NCBI GenBank assembly: GCA_965113315.1
Contig: OZ220365.1
Direction: 5' to 3' (one strand)
Source of the DNA: Podarcis vaucheri
Lineage: Eukaryota
DNA length: 64,000 nt
Shown here: positions 1-10,300 of the stretch, one piece after another
Position numbering within the stretch: position 1 is the first letter of the stretch
How the letters are laid out: each line of letters starts with the position of its first letter
Program-made: the position numbers and the translations under genes
The notes under the pieces: generated by a model
Told to the model about the DNA's origin: nothing
Seen by the model: only the letters and a program-made list of their open reading frames with translations
Databases searched by the model: none

Positions 1-962
1 CTCAGGAAAGCCACACTTCTCCAGCTAACTAACCTCTTCGCTCACTTCAGTGTAAAGCGTTCAGACCCTTCATAGTGGGTATGTTCACATTAAGTAAAAT
101 GTTGCCCATTGTTTGGGAACAAGATGCCAGTTCCTTTAATGCTTGCCCAACAGTGGTTGTCCCAACCCCCCAGCCCTACCCTGCAGTTTACCTTCATTGA
201 TGAAGAACATCAGTGTCATGGTGCACTGTGGCAAATGAGCAGAGAACCTGCCTTATCACCTGCTTTTACATCATCAATACCAACTTTATTCCTTGTAGAT
301 GCTTTGGATAACAACTCACATCATCCTTTACCTCTGGGTATGCAGGCTGGGGCTGATGGGAGCTGGAGTCCAATAACACCCAGAGGAGACCAGGTTGGGG
401 AAGGCAAACTATAGCTTCACTTTGACCACAGCAATAGAAGATGAGCAAAACATCTTGTGCAGCTTTATAGAAGCTGGTATTACAGAAAAGATTGTGCTTC
501 AGAGCCTTTTCCAAAAAGAGCACATTTACAATGCTAGCTTCTAGTTTTGACTAACAGAGACAAACACAGGAGGAGGCTTAATCAGAGTACTCATGTACGC
601 AAACTGTTAGGAAAGCAAAATGAGCTTTTCAATATGAGAGATAACATTTGTACCCTACTCTCCAGCCAAAAAGGCTTCCATTATTTTACATTCCATAATT
701 TAGAAAGTGTTCTCACCCCAACTTGTAATTTTTCAGACAAATCATTGTTCACAAGCAGGCTTCCCTAGTGCCCTCCTCATGCCCTGTAACTCTCAGGACC
801 TGAAGCCAGCATGATCAATGGTCAGGGATGGTAGTTGTAGTTCAAAGCACCTCTGTAGCACCAGATAAGTATTTCTAAACCAACTTTAAAAGTTATTAGG
901 CCTCCAGTGTTGAGGGGATTTGTGCTGCTCTTAATTATGGCCACAATAGCTCCTTAGTAACA

Positions 963-968
963 TTTATT
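963..968 (-). terminator. Candidate MAD2L1BP poly(A) signal
   Basis: AATAAA on the minus strand about 440 nt past the stop. Alternatives lie at 1353-1358 and 285-290. Confidence 0.35.
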
Positions 969-1408
969 ACACAGGAAAAAGCAGAAAGTTATATAGCTTT
1001 TGCCAGATTCTTGAACAATCACAGAATCCAAAGCAATTCATGAACATTGTAATTATCTACCTGTAAACATAGTCCATAATATAATATAATATAATATTGT
1101 GTAGGAAGTTCCCCCGCTGGTATAACTATTTCAAGTATCATGTAATAGGTTTCATAGGCCTTAAAGCAATCTCTTTTCCCTTTTGAATCAATTCCCCAAA
1201 GGCCCTTCCTATAATCTGAGGTGGATCTGCTTCTAAGCTCCATCATTTTGAAAGGAAGTTAACTCTGGAGAATGATAGTGCTCACCACAGATTTCTAAGG
1301 GGTCTGGCAAAAAGGTTCAAATGAGGGGAACTTGTGGCTGCAGCTGATCAGATTTATTACAAAGCAATATGGAGACAGGAACTTAAGCATTCTCCCTTAA
1401 AAACGTTG

Positions 1409-4400
1409 TCAAGAGTAACGAAAGCCCTTCACTGTCACTGGAGCTTGAAACCATATGTAATCATCCAAGTTAAAGTTCATCTCCTGATTGGCAGAAAGGG
1501 CTGTATTCTTGCTGTGACTGCACGATAAGCTGACCGTCAACTTCCTCCCTCGGGCTGGCACTTTGTAGTTTAGTTTCGGTCTGAACCAGTTAACACCACA
1601 GTTGCGGTGCCCTTGAACCATAACAACGACACCCATAGTGGGAACGGCTTGAAGCTCGCTGAATACATCTGCCAGGAAGAGCGAACGGAAAAGCTTGCGA
1701 ATACAGGCTCCTGTCTGCAGACTCTCATCAGCACTGCTCATGGAGATACCTTGCAGATTGATCTCATAGAGTTCTTTGGGACTGACAGCAGTGCCCCCAA
1801 GCAGAATAAGAACTCGTGGGACCAACGTCAAACTGAACATGTTTTCTAAGTGCTGAAACATTCCTTCAAGTTCACTCAGTACTTGCTGACACCTCTTGTT
1901 GTTGCTTTCTTGATCTTTTGGATTGATTTTTTTGACCACATCTTCATCCTGTGAGGGTTAAGGTGGTTGAAATGATGTCAATATTTTAGGTGAAAAGACA
2001 AAAATATTTAATCTTGACTATAGTTATTTCACACATTATCTCAAAGTCTGTGCATATAATTCATAACATATAGAACAAACCAGAAAAAGTGTCATCAAAA
2101 TAACATACCAAAATCACTACTTAAATAAAATAAGCCAGTTACTAATAAGGTGGTTTGTCTTCAGTGACCACTTTTCTCTTAACTGCTGCACAGCACCCAT
2201 TAAATTATGGAAATTCATTCCCCCAATAAAAACAAAGACTTAATACTGCATTTCTGTAGTGCTATTTCACCCAAAGTTTCTCTCACACCATAAAATCTGC
2301 ATCAGAATATGATCAGGTTTGAGAACAGTATGTCTGTCCTTTGGAAGGTGTCAAAACAAGTATAAAAGCAGATGTTCCCAGTTCCATACTAAACCAACAA
2401 ACATACAACAGGCAAGTTACACAGAAGATGCAGCCTTGGCTAGGAAGATATAATGCAGGAGTTCAAAACGCTGCTTTAGAAAATTGGAAAATGTGAGGTT
2501 TTGTCTGCTTAGTATGTTTCATGCAATGCATAATATCCCTATTAATGCAAGAGCCATTCCAAGTTCAGTTGTCATATTAAAGGAGCTCTGGTAGGGGGCC
2601 AAAAGTACAAATCTGAAGAACGACTGCCAGTCAATCAGATCTCTAAGCTCCAGAAGATGCCAAAAAGGTGTAGCTGGTGAGTACCTTAATGTACGAAGCT
2701 AGCCAGGGGTTAGCCATATTGTAAGTCATTTCTATAATAGCTAAATTTGCTGTTATTAATATTAGCAGATTAGGGACAACTATTAGAATACTACAACTAC
2801 CTATATGCTAGGAAGTATCATGTGTGCATAGTAAGCTCATGGCCATTAATTATAAGTAGTGAATCTTTATTTTAGGATTTATCTCTTTGCCAGGAGCTAG
2901 TCATAATGGTGTATTATACTATGTTCACTACAGACCAGCTCACCACATCATTTGTTATTATTTTATTTATGAATCTCTTCCCATGAGTCATCTATCTAGA
3001 TGTGATTTACAATGAAGTAACATATATAAAACTGTTGCATATATAAAAAGTTTCAAAGCAACTTTTAAACTGTTTTTATATTTATAGTTTTTTAAACAGC
3101 AACACATATATATACATAACTTCAATTCAGGTCCTGGGTAGATACCAACTGGGATAAAGATTTTAGAGGACAAAGAAGAACTTCTTAAGCAGGCACTGAT
3201 ACACCAATGGAGAAAGCTGCTGCCTGATATGCAGTGGGAGGGAGTTTCAAAGAGCATCTGCTGCCACACTGAAGACACCATTCCAACATGGTGTGTCACA
3301 GACCACCTGGTAGAATGGTACCTATAGGATGCACACTCCAATAACAGCACCTTGGAGCAAGCTCTGTAGCCATTTGGCAGCCAGTGGAATTCCTTCAGCA
3401 GAAGCATAATACAATGGTCATATTCTGCTGTTCTGCCCTAATAAGTAGTCCAACTGTCATGTTTTGCACTTGCTGCAGCCTCTGGATCAGCCTCAAGGGC
3501 AGCCCCACTTAGTGCATTGCAGTAAACCAAGCTGGAGTTACCAGTGTATGATTAACTGGTCAGGCTAACCTGATGCAGGAAATGCCACAGCTGTCTTACC
3601 AACTGAAGCTGATAAAAGGCTGCCCTAGCCACTGAGGTTACCTGGACCACTAGTAGCAGAAGTAGGTCCAGGAGTACCTCCAGATTGTGAACCTGCATCT
3701 TCTGGGGGATTACAACTCTAGCCACAGCAGACAATTGACACCATGGTAAAGACTCCAAAGTGGTAAAGGCACATTATCAAAGTCTATAATAATGAAACAG
3801 TAGTAGAATCATAGAATTGGAAGGGACCACAAGAGTCATCTGCTCCAACCCCTCAATGCAAGAATCTTTTGCCCAACGTGGGGCTGGAATGCACAACCCT
3901 ATGCTCTACCAACTGAGTTATTCCTTCCTTCCAGTAAGACTGCATTTTCCAGTACATGATTGTTGCAGGTACATATGCCAAGAAGTAGGAACTGTTTGTG
4001 GGTCCTTGTGAGGTACACAGCATCAGTAGCACCCATTACTTCGGAACTCCTGATTAATCCAGTCCTAAGAACAATTATTATTAGTAATTAAAGCCATATG
4101 ATTTAACCTTCAAAAATAAATGAAGAATCCAACCACATGCATCCATCCCTCATATAATCAGTGAGGTAGGCTACTCCACCCTATAGAACCTCAAAGCATA
4201 AGTACATTTTCACCCAATGCATCCGAGTTAGCTTGTGATGCTCTTAGTCACCCTGTTAGCATCATAATCGGGAGTTTAATGAGGTCTGATTGCTCCCATT
4301 TTTAAAATCCCCTTTAAAATGCACAAGTAGTTATCACCATGCACAGGCTGCCCCCAAATACTTGCCATAACCATACGAAACAACCAAGATAAACTGCAGC

Positions 4401-5184
4401 TGAATCTAGAGCGAAATCTAGAACACAGGAAATACTTTTAACCAAGTCTAAACCACCCAGAGGTAAAGCGAAGATCTCAATTTGTATTTGTGGTTGCAAG
4501 CATGAGGAAAAGGAAGTTGAATACATCCGCACGTGCGGCTTAATAGGCTACCCCCCCCCCAACAAAAAAAACTCGACATTCTCTTGTCTCTGAAAACATG
4601 CGGAAAACCGTGCGAGAGAGAGACCTTTTTTGCCACACAAGTGAACATCCTGGAGCCAGTGTCGGTTTGATGCTCCTAAAACGAAAGCGAAAAACTTAGC
4701 CAGCGCTTCCCCGGGTGCACAGCGTGTAACGCGAGGATGCGATCCCGTGTATGCGCGAACAGCCTCAACTCACCTGGCCGGGGGATTTCGGAAACTGCCT
4801 CCGGGAGAAGCAGGCGAGTTGCTCGTAAGGCAAAGGCAGCTGCTGCCTCTGGTACAAGACGTGCTTCATGAACTCGGAGGTGAAACGGAAGCAGCCCTCG
4901 CGGGTCACGAAGCCGGGGAAAACCACAGACACCGAGGAGGCGCCGCCGGGAACCGAAGCCACGGGCGGCGCCGGCGCCACAGTCACGGCAACGGCGGGCG
5001 CGTCGCGCAGTTCCAAGCCGGAGTCGGCTGCGCAGAAAGAGAGAGAAGGCGGAGCGGCCTCGTCACTCGGCCGCGGTGATGCCGAAGGCCCAGAGACCCA
5101 CAAAGGAAGGGAAGGGAAGGGGCCGCCGTCGAAAACCCAAAGCCCAGTCTTACCTTCTCGTTGCGTCGCTTCGGGCGCGGCCAT
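1409..5184 (-). CDS. MAD2L1BP: MAD2L1-binding protein (p31comet), 3 coding exons: complement(join(1409..1948,4774..5027,5154..5184)), 274 aa
   Basis: The translation has MAAPEA..., VVFPGFVTREGCFRFTSEFMKHVLYQRQQLPLPYEQL, VPRVLILLGG and WFRPKLNYKVP...YIWFQAPVTVKGF, all typical of p31comet. GT-AG junctions are at 5153/5028 and 4773/1949. Exon lengths 31+254+540=825 nt keep frame. Confidence 0.95.
3130..3745 (-). mobile_element. Decayed L2-type LINE 3' fragment
   Basis: The minus strand has remnants of the L2 'TSRLDYCNAL..GLPL' region and an AT-rich tail. Confidence 0.55.
3806..3920 (-). mobile_element. tRNA-headed SINE with CR1-like 3' tail (degraded)
   Basis: A CATAGAATTGGAAGGGACC...TCCAACCC CR1 tail is joined to a tRNA-like GCTCTACCAACTGAG segment. 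Confidence 0.5.
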
Positions 5185-5330
5185 TTTCTGCTCTCCGACG
5201 TCGCTCTGGTTTGAATGGCCGCCCTCCCGGAGCATCATGGGAACTTTTTAGGGACGTCAGTGGGCGGGGAAGAAGATCGTGGCGCCAGTAGACGCGCCGC
5301 TCTTCAACCCAAAGGAAAGGTCGCCTTTTA
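4700..5330 (-). promoter_or_regulatory. CpG-rich promoter/5' end of MAD2L1BP with GC box, CRE-like site, CHR-like TTTGAA and a YY1-like motif over the ATG
   Basis: CpG density is high. GGGCGGGG lies near 5262, GACGTCA near 5253 and TTTGAA at 5210-5215. AAAATGGCCGC overlaps the start codon. Confidence 0.6.
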
Positions 5331-5333
5331 ACT

Positions 5334-5530
5334 CAAGGCTGGCCCGAGACGTTTTACTGCCTGAGGGGAATGCCGCCCCCGCCTCAAGCCACGTTATACA
5401 TATTATCAAAATATGTTGCACCAGAGACTGAAAATCAACAAACTCCGTTTTTTCTGGGAGTAAAAATACAACAGTACTTTGATGAAAATCACAAATTGTT
5501 GTACTTTCATGACATCTAGTGCCAGCCCTG
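5334..5530. mobile_element. Old hAT-like MITE next to MAD2L1BP promoter
   Basis: The termini are CAAGGCTGGC...GCCAGCCCTG, with a degenerate 8-bp TSD. Confidence 0.45.
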
Positions 5531-6231
5531 GTTCTACTCCATTTAATAAAATGAAATACATTTTATGAAACTTGAATTGCTTTTTATTTAGCTTATTACT
5601 TCTGTTGATTTTACTAGGATTACAGTGTCCAATGCACAATCCAGGAAGCTGCCTACTTAACTAGCTTTTACATGTGCTAATTCCAGATTAGCAATTTCTA
5701 ACACACATTTTAAGTACATATGAGTCTGGTTATTAATTCCAAGGAAATTAGCTTTGACACCCCAAACCTTAATTAGTGTAAATTCTAGCACCTATATCAT
5801 TATGTTTTCTTCTCCCACTTGCCCCTGACACATAATCATAATTTGGATTATATGGAAATAAACTACTTCATTGGACTGTGGTAATGAACTAAATACATTT
5901 TGGAAAGCAGTTGTTATTTCTTTAAGTGCTATTTAAATTATAATTGTGTCTTTGCTATGGATAGCCCTAATTACAATTAACCTGACACAAAGTGTCACAT
6001 TTAACTAAGTTTTACTTAGAGTAGGACTATTGAAATTAATGGACCTAATTTAGTCATGTTCATTAATTTCAGTTGGTCTTCTCTGAGCAAGAGCACCCAC
6101 AGTGACCACCTTTATCCTATCTTAAAAGCGGTTTTAGTAAGCAAATATACTTTTAGTAGTTCCTGGATGGAGTAGTTGTCACAGCAAACAGCTGAGCCAC
6201 ACAAAACATGCCCTGAACTTTCATCTCAACC

Positions 6232-6280
6232 TGATGCAATGACCGTATTAAAGAGAGCAATCCCTTCCAACTGATGCAAT
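6232..6280 (+). promoter_or_regulatory. Two C/EBP-ATF response elements (CARE/AARE, TGATGCAAT) upstream of GTPBP2
   Basis: Exact TGATGCAAT at 6232-6240 and 6272-6280. Confidence 0.65.
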
Positions 6281-6769
6281 GCGTTGCCATCAACAGAGAC
6301 TTAGCACCGAGGAAGTTCCTGAAAGAAAGATGAAGATGTGGCTTATACTATTTGAAAACAAAGCCTCGCACGAATGGGGGAGGAGCTCAGTACATATGTT
6401 CCGATTGCATGATGGTATTTGTAGTTCTGCTGCTTTACCAGTGCACTTAGCCCTTCGTTATTTTGCATTTCTACGGTGTGAAGATACATACAAACGTATC
6501 GTGTATCTGAGACTGTTACTCTGAGATGAGTTGGTTTTTTTTGTGTCGCTATGCAATTGCTAAACTGCACTCCTTTTCTATTAAATTGATTTTCGAGAGT
6601 TGCAATAGATGAAAGAAGCAAACAAACTGCACCTCCATAGCTCTCTAAGCAAAGGAAATCCGGGCTAATCTGCTCCTGAGGACCGCAGTCCTAAACTATT
6701 AGTGTCATAGAAGAAACAAATCTTATGTCTATTCAGATACGCAGCTGCATAGGTCACCCCATACACGTT

Positions 6770-7330
6770 GCTGGAAACGGTGGTGCTGCACCCCGTCCCG
6801 AGATCCGTCCCTTAACGCCGCCCGACCCGCCGTCGTTGGAAGAGAACGTAAGCGAGAGCGGCATTCTATCCGAACGCGGCCCGCGCGGCGAAGAGGGCTC
6901 TGGGAGTTGTAGTCCAGCGGCTCTACCGCCCTGTTTCCCGTGGTGCCTTGCGGTTCTTTCTCACGTCAGGAGCCGGAGTTTAGAGAGCCGTCATAAGCCA
7001 AGTCCGGGGCTGGGAGGCGGCAGCAGCGTCCGTGGCCGGGGGAAGGGCTGGAGCGGGGCCGGGTGTCAGGCCGGCCCAGGATGGACTCGGGGGTGTCGGA
7101 GCTATTTGGGGGCTGCTGCCGGCCTGTGGGGGGCGGGAACGGCGGTGCCCTGCGAGGCCGCGCGGGCAGCGGCTCCGGTAGCGGCGGAGGGTCTTCCAGG
7201 GGGAGGAAGAAGAACGGGAGACACCGGGGGGGCAAGGCCAACAACCCGCCCTACCTGCCCCCGGAGGTGAGTGAGGCAGGGCGCAGGTGGTCGGCTGTCT
7301 TTGCAGGATCCTCCTCTCGTGTTGCATCCG
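6770..7330 (+). promoter_or_regulatory. CpG island promoter/first exon of GTPBP2 with ZNF143/THAP11-type motif and a TGACGTGA site
   Basis: The region is CpG-rich. TGGGAGTTGTAGTCC at 6901-6915 is the reverse complement of GGACTACAACTCCCA. TCACGTCA lies at 6961-6968. Confidence 0.65.
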
Positions 7331-10300
7331 ATGGGCTTCTCTCGGGGTTTCCCTCCCGCTTCTGCCTTTGTGGTGCCCCTGACTTTGGGGAAGGAGGTGG
7401 CAAGCCCCCTGTGGCAAATCGGGATGTGTGGGGAGAGAGGGAGATGCTGAGCCTCCGTCTAGAAACGTACAAGGCTGGGCTGTGTTTTAGGGGAAAGGGG
7501 TAGAAGACCAACCTACCAAGACTGCATAGCCCTACCGAATAGGGCCATTCGATATTTTGGACAGCTGGTACTGCCATCGGCTTCACACTCGTTGCTCGGT
7601 TGTTGTGCTCCGCAATGTACGCACATTTCACTTCGGTTGCAGTATCCTTGGACTGAAATGTGTGGCTTTATAGTAGAGTCTCTCTTTCTTTCTCTCTCTC
7701 TCTCTCTCTCTTTCCTTCTCCCCCCCCCCCGCACTCCTTTTGCCTAATAGATGACAGCCACACTTTGAAGTTTCTCTTGACCTCTCTCTGACAGTGAATG
7801 ACTTGAGCTCCGAAACTGTAGACTTCCTGAGTGTCAACAGGGAAATAGATACCATTTTTGTCAACTTCTAGCAGTGTTTATTTTCCTCTCTTCCACTTGT
7901 GGCGATTCCGAGTCACTAAAGTTGCGCTTTTATTGGTTCATACAGCTGTTAACTTGAAGCAAAGGCAGCCAGTCCAATTTGGAAGGACTAGGACTCTCTT
8001 AGACTGAAGTTTATTAGTAGTTCCAAATGACATTAATGGGCAAATATATTTAGTCCATATCTATTTGGATTGTGGATGGGAAACTCTGTAGTATGTTGTT
8101 CCCGGTGCTATTTTTCTAGAAAAAGAGGTGCTGGAACTCACCACAAATGCCTCCCTTTTCTTTTATAATGGCAATGGCGCTCACCTGAGAGGTGCCGGAA
8201 CTAAGTTCTGGTGAGTTCTGACTGAAAAAAGCCCTGGTTGTCCCTATGGAAAGCTCTGTCTAGCTCTCATTGAGATCTTCTGTCCAATTTAATTCTTCAA
8301 TTAAAAAGGTCAGGTAATTTGTTATATGAAAAACCTTGGACCAAAGCCCATCAGAACAACTGCCAGACAGAGTGTTCAGTATTCAGTTAGATGGAACAAT
8401 GGTCTGACTGAGTATAATATAGGTTTTTTTGAATTTCAATGGCATGCTTCAGTCTGTAGTTAGGGGCTCACATAATTGCATGTTCTTCGATCCTACTGCT
8501 GTCTCTTAACAGTTGCCTGTACATAGAAAACATGATGTCAGGGATTTCTTTTTAACCTAGTGTTTTCACTAACATCTAGATTTCTATGTGTAGGTGGTCT
8601 TTTTTGGGGTTGTGATATAGAGAAGCACTGTTAAGTGAGCCCCCACCTGAAACTGTACAACCTAGACATAGGTTTACTACTTCTGGGAGAACTAGTCCCT
8701 ACTGTGTGTCACCTGGCAGTGACAGATTAGCTTGAACGTGGGCTGGACCTTGATGCAGATAGTCTAGAGCAGGCATCCCCAACCTTTGGCCCTCCAAATG
8801 TTTTGGACTACAATTCCCACCATCCTTGACCACTGGTTCTGTTAACTAGGGATCATGGGAGTTGTAGGCCAAAGCATCTGGAGGGCTGCAGGTTGGGGAT
8901 GCCTGGTCTAGAGACTCAAGGCTTAATAAAGCTGTATTACAGTCTCAAACTCATTCTGTTATCCTGGCTCATTTTCATTCAAAACTCATATATGCATACA
9001 CACATATGCCCCTTCATTTCTTTCATACTAGTGAAGGCTGATCTCTAACTGTTCTGTTTCTGTCTCATCAAGCATTGATAGCAGTCAGAATCAATGTGAA
9101 GCAAACCATATAAGATGTGCAACAATATTATTAATAATAAAAAATTGGTCCTTTGTTTTAGGAAGGTGAGCCTTCCTTTCCTCCAGAGAGCAGAATTAGT
9201 CGTTTCATCCCCCCTGAGACTTTAGTGGTACTGTACTTCCTCTCTGCCCTCAGTTGACTTGAGTGGACTATTTTGGGGCATGCCTAAGCTTGTCACTTTT
9301 TCTGCATCACTTCCACAGAAGCTTCAGTAGATAAAAGTTAAACAACTTCTTGCTTCCTAAAATACATTGATATGTTGTGTTTCTAAGGCAGTGATTTCCC
9401 AGGCACTCTAAACTTAAACTGGTGGGGATGATGCTACATGAATAAAATAAAAGCTAGAAGATTGAGTGGGCATATTAGGAGAAAAACTCAGCATTATACC
9501 TGTCTCATTTCCAGTATGTAGGTGGTTTATTCCATGATGTTGTTTACTATGTGTTTCCCTTGCCACCAACATTTTTAGCTAGAAAATAGCAGCAGTCTGC
9601 ATGGAAAGAACTCTGAATGTGCCCATAGAGGGAATATGATATTTACTTCCAGAAAAACAAGATTATTTCAGGAAGAAATAAAATTTGAGTGGATCAGATT
9701 TCATGCTGCTGTTAGTCTTGTTTATTACACTTTCCTTCTGCACTCACACCACTATCTCTGAACTAAGATTAGCAGGGTACAATTCAATGTCACATATCTA
9801 CTTTTTAGAGATAGTCTGGTCTCCCCCACCCCACTTGAGTAATTTTTAGTACTAGTTATTAACACTTAGCTCATATGGGGGTGTCTTCTGGAGAAGTATT
9901 TTCTGAGTACTTAGGGAATGTCAGAAGTGGCGATCTTCCTGTGGATCTGCCATGGCATTGGGATGTTTTTTGTACTACAAGCTGGTTACTGCCGTAGTTT
10001 CTTCTCCCTCAGCTGCCAGTCACATTAGTCATTCCAAGCTCTGTGTGCTTGAAGGAAGAGACCAGCATAAGGCACATTTGTTAGAGAACTATGCTATTTG
10101 CCAGAGCAGTATGAGGTAGTGCAGGAGAATATCTTGGGATGGTGAAAGGAGGAGGAAGATATCTTTAAGACACAGACAGTGCTTGCAGGTGTATGGCTTG
10201 GTTATTGATTAATGAAGCAAGGTGTTTTTCTCCTCATGTCTATTACAGTTTCCTGGCTTACTATAGAGCTAGATGGTAGTCAGTTGAACTTGTTTTACAG

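Noticed and set aside
192-225. Exon-like AG...GT segment on the minus strand near the window start (RSPH9 expected downstream by synteny)
   Set aside because: The translation shows no similarity to RSPH9 or any other protein that I can recognise.
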